From positions 57,839,193-57,903,192 of the forward strand of contig NC_068988.1 of NCBI RefSeq assembly GCF_001194135.2: a DNA stretch of 64,000 nucleotides. Direction: 5' to 3'. A program made the translations under genes and the position numbers. Shown here piece by piece: positions 26,002-38,198 of the stretch (position 1 is the stretch's first letter; each line of letters starts with the position of its first letter). Source of the stretch: Octopus bimaculoides (lineage: Eukaryota). The notes beneath the pieces were generated by a model. It was not told the origin of the DNA. It worked only from the letters and a program-made list of their open reading frames with translations, and made no database searches.

Positions 26002-27497
26002 TTTATTCAACAAAACTGTCCGATGAACGGGAACGTGAAACTCCGAGTAACAGTCTTTTGTTATATTTCTGCTGCTAGATCGCTGGCCACTACACATTCT
26101 TTTTCTCTCTCCTTGTTTCTTTCTGTGTAAGAGTGTAGGCTCGAAACGTTAAAGACTTTTTCACTTCCCGAGCGTTATACTAATACATCTGTTTGTTGTC
26201 TACACCACCTGTCTTCGTCTTTTGTTTTTTTTTTTTGTGAATTCTCCCCCTATATATATGTATTTATACATACACACACACACACACACATGAATATATG
26301 CAGTGATATCACATGAATATAAGCAGAGACATATAGACCCCCACCCCATAAAGAATTATACATACATGCACACACATACATACATACATACAGAGGGTTT
26401 CTTTAGTTGATATTATTGCACATACCTTTATTTCAGAATCCGAGTTGTTTTTCTTGAGAGAGAGCTTCAAGAGATGCTGACGGGCAAGAGACGCAGCAAA
26501 GGATAACCCACCAGTGATTTTATCATCGTTGATCACTTGTTTCAGGAAATCAGGAGCTGTTCTGTAACAAAGAACAAGCAAGAGAAGAATAGACAACAGC
26601 AACATCAACAATAATAACATCAACATCAACACCACCACCACCACCACCATCATCATCATTGTTTAACATCCACTTTACCATGCTTGCAGGGGTCAGACTA
26701 AATTCATGGAGGGAGATTTTCCATACAGTTCTTTCCTTGAAACGTTTCCAAAGCACAGAATCATTGAGAAGTGAATGTCTTTCAAAGCAAACCCTTCCTT
26801 ATTTGACAGACAATGTCTTAAACACTCCGATAGTTAAACACTCCGGATTCTCTGCCTTTTGCAATCTAAGGTAATATTTCTTATTTTAATGCAAGATAAT
26901 ATTCGTGTTAATTAAGGTGGCAAGCAAGTAGAATCGTTAGCATGGCAGGCAAAATGCTTAGCAGCATTTCATCCAAATTTATGTTCTGAGTTCAAATTCC
27001 GTTGAGGTCGACTTCACCTTTCAGCCTTTTGGGGTTGATAAAGTAAGTACTAGCTGAAAACTGGGGTCAATGTGATTGACTAGTGCCATTGCCAGAAATT
27101 GCTGGTCTTGTGCCAATATTTGAAATGAATATTTTTGTGTTAGATAAAGTGGCAAGCTGGCAGAAATGTTAGTATGCCAGGCAAAATGTTAAGCAGCATT
27201 TCATCCACGGTTATGTTCTGGGTTCAAATTCCACTGAGGCTGACTTGGCCTTTCATCCTTTCAGGATCAATAAAATAAGTACCAGCTGAGAACTGGGGTT
27301 GATGGAATCAACTGGCCCCCTCCCTCAAAATTGCTGATCTTGTGCCTATATTTGAAATCAATGTTTGTGTTAGTCTTTCAAACAAGAACAGCACCAAAAG
27401 TCAGACATATTTTAAATGGGAAAGCGTAGATGGACAACACCACTTGTGTAAGTATTGTTTGTTTACAATTAGTGTAATGTCAAGACATGAACATGCA

Positions 27498-27541
<44 letters not shown>

Positions 27542-27551
27542 NNNNNNNNNN

Positions 27552-27599
<48 letters not shown>

Positions 27600-30500
27600 T
27601 GGGCTTCAATCAGATTCCGTGTATCAAATCCTTGCCCAAAGTGCTGTGGAGTGGAATCAAACTGGAAACCACAAGGTTGCAAAGTAAAACTGTTAACTAC
27701 ACAACCATGACTCTATCTTTTCTAAGATAAAAAAAGTACCCTATGAATATTAATCAGTTACAACACATTGTCCCCAAAGCAAATTTGTGGCCTTGCTTTA
27801 ATGTCCCTTCCTCTCTCTCTCTCTCTTTCTGTTCATGTGTGTGAGCATCTAGTTATGTCTGAATGAATATGTCTCTCACTCTGTATATTTCTGTGTATAT
27901 TTCTGCACGTGTATGTGTGTACATTTGCCCCCAGTACCAAAAAGTACTTCCACCAAAACAGGTTGAATGTCAGCCATGTCAAATCATCAGCATCCAAATG
28001 GCCATGCCCAATCGCCTCATCATCATCATCATCATCACCGTTACACGTTTTGTTTTCCATACTGGCATGGGTTGGATGGTTTGATAGGAGCTGACTTGAC
28101 AGGGAAACTGGCCAGACAGGGAGCTAGCCAGATGGGAAGCTGTCCAGATGGAAAACCGGCCAGACTCCAATTATCTATTTTGGTTTGGTTTCTATGGCTG
28201 GATGCCCTTCCTAATGTCAACCACTTTACAGTGTAAGTTGGGTGGCTTTTACGTGCCACCGACATGTGTGCATTTATGCATCCTCAGAACAAGCACATTT
28301 GACATGGTACTGTCACAAAATATTTTTTAAAAGTACTTACTTGGAGTCCTTGTTCTTCAGAGCTTCAACAATACCATACATGAGGTTAGCTGTTGTACAC
28401 AATGGATCAAGTTCCAACACTTCTTTCACAGCTTCCTCGAACATGGACAAACTGTAGCCACATGTCAGGTCTTTCTACAGTGGGAAGCAAAAAGGAAACA
28501 TGTAAAACATAAAAAGTATTTTAAGGATTGATAATTAAAGCTGTGATGTTAAATTTATAAAGCTTATGGTCAATAACTCCAATAAGATCAGATATTTTGG
28601 GGACAGCCTTGTGTGTGTGTGTTGGGAAAGTTGAACATGTAATTGTAACAGCTTTGTGATTATAAAGGATTTTCCCACATGTATAAATGAGCTCGCAGCA
28701 TTAATGATCTTTTTTTTTTTTTTGGCTTTGCTGTTTAGAAGATATATACACGAATATGTGTTTACTTGAATGCAATAACGCATTTATGAGAATACATTAG
28801 TGTGTTTACATGAATAGGTTAGTGTGTCTAATGTGTTTATGCGAATATATATTAGTGCATTCATATGACTACTTTAGTGTGTTTATGTGAATAACATCAT
28901 CATCATTATCATCATCAACATTTAAGCTTTTAGCATTCAGATAACAATATTTATTCACATTGTTTCAAATTTATCCTGGATTATCTTGTAGCCTTGACAT
29001 TTCCACGATGTGATTGTTTATTTTTAGACCGACATTGTAGGGTAGGTGTGAAAAGCTGAAACTGGCTGATTTGAACATAAAACAAGCAGAATATTTTGGC
29101 CGGATATGGCCAGCTTAAATGCTAAAGGGTCAATGTCTGTTTTTCTATGCTAGCATGTATTGGATGGTGATTATGCACTACATTATACACAAGTTTATTG
29201 GTGTATATTAGTGTATATAAGTATATACTAGTGTATTTGGTGTGAATAGAGGAGTGTGTTTTTGTGTGAATTTTTAAAACACTACATAGATAGTGAGTAT
29301 ATACACATGCTTTTGTATATTGCAGTTAGTCCCAGGTCAGTCCTGATCAGGCTGACCTATGATGAAGAGCTTTTCAGCCATGACCATCCAATCTGTTTTA
29401 CTTTGCCAAGCATAGTGTATCGAAGACAACATTATCCAATGTGTAATTCCATTTTTAGTAGGGAGATTTGGCTGCTATTTCTAGTAAACTGAACAAAAAC
29501 ATAGAAACATTATTGCTTCACTTGTGTTTGCATTCATGAGTACATGTATATGTGCTTGTGCATGTTTGACCATGTGTGTGTTTGACCGTGTGTGTGTGTG
29601 TATTTGTGTGCCTGCACATATGCTGCATGAGTGCAACCTGCTACAATGCAGATGTAACTCAGATATAAGGTGGCGAATTGGCAGAAACGTTAGCATGCCA
29701 GGCAAAATGCTTAGTGGTATTTCGTCTGCCGCTACATTCTGAGTTCAAATTCCGCCGAGGTTGACTTTGCCTTTCATCCTTTCGAGGTCGATTAAATAAG
29801 TACCAGTTACATACTGGGGGTCGATATAATCAACTTAATCCGTTTGTCTGCCCTTGTTTGTCCCCTCTGTGTGTATCCCTTTGTGGGCAGTAAAGAAATA
29901 AGATGTAACTCAGATATCAATGTAGATGACAGTAACTAACCATGAGTCGTTTGAAGCTGTACAGAACCAACCTGATCATCGGCAGAAGTCGACCTTCTCT
30001 TGCACTGAAAATATGTACAAAAAAAAAAAGATATAATATGAGAAATCAGAAACTTCTGGTCATCAATCATTGTCATTATGATTGTATTAACTTCTATTTC
30101 TCCATGCCTGCATGGGTTAGATGCAGTTTGCTGAAGCAGGTCTTCTACAGTCTTACGTTCTTCCTGTCGTCAGCCCTCACTTGTTTCCAAGCAAGTACTA
30201 TTTCCTATGGCCAGACATATTTATACAGAATACTGGAAATGAATGACACAGTTTCTATGACAAAGACACTCACAATTATCAGGCAATGTGAAAACAAAGA
30301 CACACAAACACACGCATATATACATGCACGTATATATCATCATCACCACCATCATTTAACATCTACTTCCTATGTTGACATGGGTAGGACAGTTTGATTG
30401 GGGACCAGTGAACTACAGACCTATGTCGAACTCTGATGTCATCTTTAGCAAGATTTCTACAGCTGGATGCCCTTCCTAACACCAACCACTTTACAGAGAG

Positions 30501-31008
30501 TACTGGGTGCTTTTCTCATGCCACCAGCACTAACTTGCAAGACAGGAAAGGGCAGAGAAAAATGGAAAAGGGAAAAGTTCCCACTACTAAGAGGGAGTAT
30601 TTTAGAGGAGAAGGTAGAGGTGAGTGGCCAGGTGTTGAAAGGTGAAAGTAGGATAGAGGAATAAGCACAGGAGTCTTGCTGTAGAAGAGATATAGGTAGA
30701 GCTGAAGGAAATGAGAGGTAGGTGGTGATAGGGCATTAGAGCAAACTCTCAAGGAACAAGAAAAAGAGCATAAGAGAGGACATGGACAATGGATAATAGG
30801 AAGGAATGTGAGTGTATGCTTTTATAAGAGTGTGAGTGGGGAGTAACAGGTGGAGGTAGAGGTTAATGTAGTGAGTGATGAACAAGGGTTGGGGTGTAGA
30901 TGATGGGAAATACCAGTATGTGAAGGGGTAAGGTGGAAGATATAGGAGCGTCTCAAGAAGAAGAATAGATCAGAAAGGAGTAGAATGATGTGCAAGATGT
31001 AGAAGCTG

Positions 31009-31044
<36 letters not shown>

Positions 31045-32884
31045 GGGATACACATAAGCATGCATACACACACATGCACATGCATTCGTACATGCATGGA
31101 CACACACCTCTGTGCACGCATACGTTTACACATATGCACACATACATACATATATGTAAAGAGAGAGAGGATAACCATACCTTTCAGACTGTGCTAAGTT
31201 AACACATTGACCTGCAATAAATTCTGCATCTTCAAGGAGTCCTTCTTTAATGCTAACTTCCTCCAAAATCTGGTGAACAAAAAAACAAAAAAGCAAAAAT
31301 ATATCTGTTGATTTGATTTAAGAAAGGCAGAAACACTGACTCAAACAAAAAAAAGTGTCCCTATACAACAATACTGTGTAATACACAAAAGATTATAAGA
31401 TAACAGATGAAGAAAGCAGAAGAGACGTACCTGCCAAAACGAAAGCAGTCCACCAGCTTGTACAACACCTTCTTTCACAATATCAACATTGCACAGTTTC
31501 ACCCCTTCTAATGTACGGATATATGCCAGAGCGTTGAAGTTTTTCTCTTCTTTAAAACNNNNNNNNNNNNNNNNNNNNNNNNNNNNNNNNNNNNNNNNNN
31601 NNNNNNNNNNNNNNNNNNNNNNNNNNNNNNNNNNNNNNNNNNNNNNNNNNNNNNNNNNNNNNNNNNNNNNNNNNNNNNNNNNNNNNNNNNNNNNNNNNNN
31701 NNNNNNNNNNNNNNNNNNNNNNNNNNNNNNNNNNNNNNNNNNNNNNNNNNNNNNNNNNNNNNNNNNNNNNNNNNNNNNNNNNNNNNNNNNNNNNNNNNNN
31801 NNNNNNNNNNNNNNNNNNNNNNNNNNNNNNNNNNNNNNNNNNNNNNNNNNNNNNNNNNNNNNNNNNNNNNNNNNNNNNNNNNNNNNNNNNNNNNNNNNNN
31901 NNNNNNNNNNNNNNNNNNNNNNNNNNNNNNNNNNNNNNNNNNNNNNNNNNNNNNNNNNNNNNNNNNNNNNNNNNNNNNNNNNNNNNNNNNNNNNNNNNNN
32001 NNNNNNNNNNNNNNNNNNNNNNNNNNNNNNNNNNNNNNNNNNNNNNNNNNNNNNNNNNNNNNNNNNNNNNNNNNNNNNNNNNNNNNNNNNNNNNNNNNNN
32101 NNNNNNNNNNNNNNNNNNNNNNNNNNNNNNNNNNNNNNNNNNNNNNNNNNNNNNNNNNNNNNNNNNNNNNNNNNNNNNNNNNNNNNNNNNNNNNNNNNNN
32201 NNNNNNNNNNNNNNNNNNNNNNNNNNNNNNNNNNNNNNNNNNNNNNNNNNNNNNNNNNNNNNNNNNNNNNNNNNNNNNNNNNNNNNNNNNNNNNNNNNNN
32301 NNNNNNNNNNNNNNNNNNNNNNNNNNNNNNNNNNNNNNNNNNNNNNNNNNNNNNNNNNNNNNNNNNNNNNNNNNNNNNNNNNNNNNNNNNNNNNNNNNNN
32401 NNNNNNNNNNNNNNNNNNNNNNNNNNNNNNNNNNNNNNNNNNNNNNNNNNNNNNNNNNNNNNNNNNNNNNNNNNNNNNNGCCCATCTTTCATATTTGTAG
32501 AAATAATGAAAATTACATTTGCTGTTCACAGGAAAAAGATTGCTCAAAATAAATATAGTCAAATATAGCAGCCAAATAACCCACAAATTACATTTTGCTA
32601 TCTTAAAGGAAAGATCATATTGGTGTTGAACTACTCATAAGGTGGATCTGAGGCTAAAGCATAATGGGATTATGAGGAAATCCATTTCTCACCTGATAAC
32701 TCTAGCAGTACATGATCCAGAAACATCATCTCAGTGAAATAAAGGTTATCTGGAGCCTTCTCGATGACACATTGTTTGATCAAGGCACCAGCATGAATTC
32801 CTGGGATCAGATTCAACATGCTACTGAGATCGTCTGTAAAGAGATATACACATATAAAAAGAATAACAACTGAAAAGTAAGGCA

Positions 32885-32932
<48 letters not shown>

Positions 32933-35900
32933 GTGTGCAAAAAAGTTCTTGGCTTTAAGGGTATCATGAAAGGCCTGGTTGAAGGCCCAACCTTCCAAGT
33001 TCTTTTACAGGGCATAGAAAAGCAGGACTGCTGCAGTAAGTGTGTGAATCTGGAAGGAGAATATGTTGGATAAGATCATAATTAACTGATTTTCTTTTAC
33101 CCAAAGCTAGGAACTTTTCAGCACTCTCTCACGTGTGTGTATGTGTGTGTATGTGTGTGTCTGTGTGTGTGTGCATATACATACATATGTGAGGGGGTGC
33201 AGAAAAGTTCCTGGTCTAAAGGGTATAGCAAAAGGCCTGGTTGGAGACCCAACCTTCTGAGTTCTTTTACAGGGCTTAGAAAAACTGAAGGACTTCTGCA
33301 ATAAGTGTGTGAATCTGAGAGGGGAATATGTTGAATAAAATCATAAATAACTGATTCTCCTGTATTTTCTTTCACCCAAAGCCAGGAACTTTTCAGCAAC
33401 CCTTCACATATAAATATGATAACACGCTTTCTTGAATAATCATGCACATGCAGATTGTTGTCACAGGTGTGACAAAATGAGTTACATAAAACACAATGTT
33501 ACATACCTGGGTGAACATGGTAAGCCTTCTGTGCTACCGAGAAACCATTTCGATTCCCATTTCTGGCACAATGCAAACCAGCTGCAAGGAGACTCTGGAC
33601 CAAGATAGGGGCCACATCCTATAGACAAAGCAAAGTAAAAAATAACATAACTAAAAGGTGCCAGAAACAGAGACATCAAAAGACAGCTAGACAGAAAAAA
33701 TGTGTATGTAAGCATGCTTTTTGGATTCTTTTTTTCTTTTTGGCCATTAGTTAATCAGAGAGAAGACAGACTGTGGCCACAACTTTCAAAGAATGCAATC
33801 CCAGATTAGTGAGAATAGCATGGCTGTTATCCCCAGGTTCAATGCTTGCAGGGGTAAAAAATTAAAAGGGATCGAAAAAATATGGGCAGCAGGAGAAATG
33901 TATGTCTGGTATGAAGAATGTTTTTAAGGCATTCAGCACTACTAAAGATATACAAGGACCTGGTGGTGGGTATTGGTGAGTAATGGTGGTGGTCCCTGAT
34001 GCTATGGTGCTGATGGTGGTGTGCTGGTGTTGATGGTAGTAAGGAGAGTGGTTGTGGTGGTGCTGATAGTAGTAGTGTCAGTGGTGTGTGGTAGAGGTAG
34101 TGTTGTTGGTGGTATTGGTAGTAGTTGTGGTGGTAGTAATGGTAGTGGTGGTGATGGTAAGGTGGCAGCAGTGAAAAGGTGGTGGTGGTTGTGGTAAGAT
34201 GATGGTGGTGATAAGGTGGTGGTGGGAGTAGTAATGATGGTGGTGGTGGGGGTGGTAGTAATGTGGTGGTGTAATTGGTGTGTTGGTGTTGAGGTGAGTG
34301 AGGGCCATTAATGAGTGAGTATGTGTTTGTGTAAAAGGGCAGCACACAGTAATTCATTGAGTGGAAGGCCTTGAATCAATGCACATGTTCTCCTTGAAGC
34401 CCCCTGGAACTTTTTGCCATCTGACATGTGGAGTTTTCATTCGGCGGCACTTGGCACAAGCAAGCTTTTGCAAAGTCTCCCTACAAAAATCTAAGCATTC
34501 TGATGGTACTTACCTTATTCAAACTCTCATCAAGTTGCTGTGCGTACAACACACAAGTGGATGCCATCTGAGTGTCTTCCGGTGCAAACCACATGATGGC
34601 TTTGGCTAATAATATCCACAATGATGCCTTCCATGGATATTTCTGTATAGTTCTCCGGATGTAGTTGCAACCAGCCTTTACCTCATCCTGCAATACAATT
34701 GGTGAACCATAATTACAAATCGAAAGTGGCATTCATTAACAGTAACAGGTGAGCTCTAAATGAGCAGACCAAAGTCTATATATATATATATATATATTTT
34801 ATGTATATATTAATATTATCTTGGTTGAAAAAACTTTGATAATGTAAAGATGTTAATAGTTACCAGGGCAGCAAAAACCATACAAAAACTGGGATATCAT
34901 ACTCGGTTAATGGGTAGAAATTCCATGTTAAAGTGATGTATTTTGAGAAGATATGAAGAATAATGATAAATGGAGCAAAACGTGTATGATCAATAAGTTC
35001 CTTTAATTCCTACATATGTTTCAAAATATATGTGCACTCTACTCCAAAGAAGTAAGAGATGCTGGAAATGCACAGAAATTCATCGTCAGGGAATGCATTT
35101 AGCGCATGTCTTGCTTTTGTATGTTGGAATTAAAGGAACTTATTGATCATATGCGTTTTGCTCCATTTATCATTATTCTTTATATATATATATATATNNN
35201 NNNNNNNNNNNNNNNNNNNNNNNNNNNNNNNNNNNNNNNNNNNNNNNNNNNNNNNNNNNNNNNNNNNNNNNNNNNNNNNNNNNNNNNNNNNNNNNNNNNN
35301 NNNNNNNNNNNNNNNNNNNNNNNNNNNNNNNNNNNNNNNNNNNNNNNNNNNNNNNNNNNNNNNNNNNNNNNNNNNNNNNNNNNNNNNNNNNNNNNNNNNN
35401 NNNNNNNNNNNNNNNNNNNNNNNNNNNNNNNNNNNNNNNNNNNNNNNNNNNNNNNNNNNNNNNNNNNNNNNNNNNNNNNNNNNNNNNNNNNNNNNNNNNN
35501 NNNNNNNNNNNNNNNNNNNNNNNNNNNNNNNNNNNNNNNNNNNNNNNNNNNNNNNNNNNNNNNNNNNNNNNNNNNNNNNNNNNNNNNNNNNNNNNNNNNN
35601 NNNNNNNNNNNNNNNNNNNNNNNNNNNNNNNNNNNNNNNNNNNNNNNNNNNNNNNNNNNNNNNNNNNNNNNNNNNNNNNNNNNNNNNNNNNNNNNNNNNN
35701 NNNNNNNNNNNNNNNNNNNNNNNNNNNNNNNNNNNNNNNNNNNNNNNNNNNNNNNNNNNNNNNNNNNNNNNNNNNNNNNNNNNNNNNNNNNNNNNNNNNN
35801 NNNNNNNNNNNNNNNNNNNNNNNNNNNNNNNNNNNNNNNNNNNNNNNNNNNNNNNNNNNNNNNNNNNNNNNNNNNNNNNNNNNNNNNNNNNNNNNNNNNN

Positions 35901-38167
35901 NNNNNNNNNNTAATATGTGCCAATGGCACAAGTTTACCTTAGCAAAGAATTCAGCAGCACAGAGCCATGTGATGTCCGCTAAGTGGTCTCCTTTAGGATC
36001 TTCGATCTTCGTCAGTTCCTGGACCACAGCTGATGCCAAAACATGATCAGCTCGTATTAAAGCAATAGCACAAAGAGCCTTGAGGCCTTCCACCGAGGGC
36101 ACAGACATTTGAGAACTGGAATAAAGGGACGATTGAAGGTTCATTATTTGAGAAATTCACAAAGAAATTTGGATTTTATTCTTTTACTTGTTTCAGTCAT
36201 TTGACTGCGGCCATGCTGGAGCACCGCCTTCAGTCGAACAAATCAACCCTGATACTTATTCTTTGTAAGCCTAGTACTTATTCTAGCAGTCTCTTTTTGC
36301 CGAACCGCTAAGTTACATAGACGTACAAACACCAACATCAGTTATCAAGTGATGGTGGAGGGACAAACAAAGGGGTGCTGAAAAGTTCCTGGCTTTCGAT
36401 AAAAGAAAATACAGGAGGATCAGTTAATTATGATTTTATTTAACATATTCCCCTTGCAGATTCACACACTTATTGTAGTGGTCCTTCAATTTTTCTAAGT
36501 CCTGTAAAAGAACTCAGAAGGCCGGGCCTCCATCGAGGCATTTCATGATACACTTAAAGCCAGGAACTTTTCAGCACTCGCACATCATAGTATCTGAAAG
36601 CCAATATCTGTGGATGGACTTTACAAAAGCAACTCCAAGATTAACATCCAAATGGAATTAATACAAGCAAAAAGTATTCATAAAAATTAATACACACCCT
36701 GTCATTAGTAGTTTGACAGCTTCTTTAATTTTACCCATGTTTAATAAGGCAATTGCTTGAGCAGTCATCACTTGGGAATCAAACTCTTCGGTCATCTGCA
36801 GGGCTTTACTATACTCTGAAGAGAGAAAGATATATATATTCGCCATGCTGGACCAATGAAATATACAAGCTTTTTTTCATTCTCTGTTTATTTTCTCTCA
36901 TTCCTTTCTGTTGAAGAGCATAGGCTTGAAACATAAAACACATTTTTCCCAAGCATCAAACTAATACACTTGCTTGTTGTTCACACACCTGTCTTCATCT
37001 TTAGCTTACCTATAAGTTTCAACTATATATATATATATATATATNNNNNNNNNNNNNNNNNNNNNNNNNNNNNNNNNNNNNNNNNNNNNNNNNNNNNNNN
37101 NNNNNNNNNNNNNNNNNNNNNNNNNNNNNNNNNNNNNNNNNNNNNNNNNNNNNNNNNNNNNNNNNNNNNNNNNNNNNNNNNNNNNNNNNNNNNNNNNNNN
37201 NNNNNNNNNNNNNNNNNNNNNNNNNNNNNNNNNNNNNNNNNNNNNNNNNNNNNNNNNNNNNNNNNNNNNNNNNNNNNNNNNNNNNNNNNNNNNNNNNNNN
37301 NNNNNNACAAGAATGTTGTTGACAGTAACTTCAAAGTTTTGCCCAGTCTGATGACGGCTTAGCTGGCCAAAACTACGAAGTCACTGTCAACAACATTCTT
37401 GTCAAGAATAATAGATTTGTACTATGCAAAAATATAGAACAACCCATCAAAATTGTTTTTATTATAAATGAACATGAAAACAGGGATTCCTTAACAACAA
37501 TGGAGCTTTTGTATGATTAAGGTATGTTCAGACTGATGTGTAGCTAGCAGAGTACCCCTTGTTGTGTAATTATTGCATCAGAAGATCTGATAGCTAGGAA
37601 ATATATGTAGTCTGAATTTTACCTGCTCCACTCCCTCAATTTGGATGGATGGATGGATAGAGGGATAGATAGATAGACAGATACAAATGCATGCGCGCGC
37701 GCACACACACATTTATGTTAGACAAAAGACAGGAGTGCTCAATACATGTTGTAGAGGATAGCAGGGGAAGGTTCTATTTTAATTGAAACTCACAACTTGA
37801 GTTTCATGCCACTGCAATCTTCAAACAAGAACAGTACTCGCTTGAAGATTGCAGTAGCATTAAACCTGAGTCAGAAGACAAACTCTCAGTTTTTATTTTC
37901 AATAAAATGAGAAAACATGAGAGAGAGAGAGAGAGAGAGTGTGTGTGTGTGTGTGTATGTACACATATAATATGTATACAGAGAGAAAGTGAAAGCAAAG
38001 ACATTAAACCTGTAAAAGACATAAACCCTCACCAGCAATCACTACCCAAACAGACCCTTGAGTTGGAAGACTGTCACCAGAGTGGGGCAAAGGTGTCATC
38101 TACCAGGAATAGAAGGGAATCACCAACAAATGGTGGATGCAATGACACACTGTTACAGTGCATTCCC

Positions 38168-38198
<31 letters not shown>

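Noticed and set aside
31341-32586. Long ORFs of 250-380 aa spanning X runs (also at 18.1, 35.1, 46.1 and 52.6 kb)
   Set aside because: Their length comes from N gaps; only the parts matching TTC37 exons are retained.
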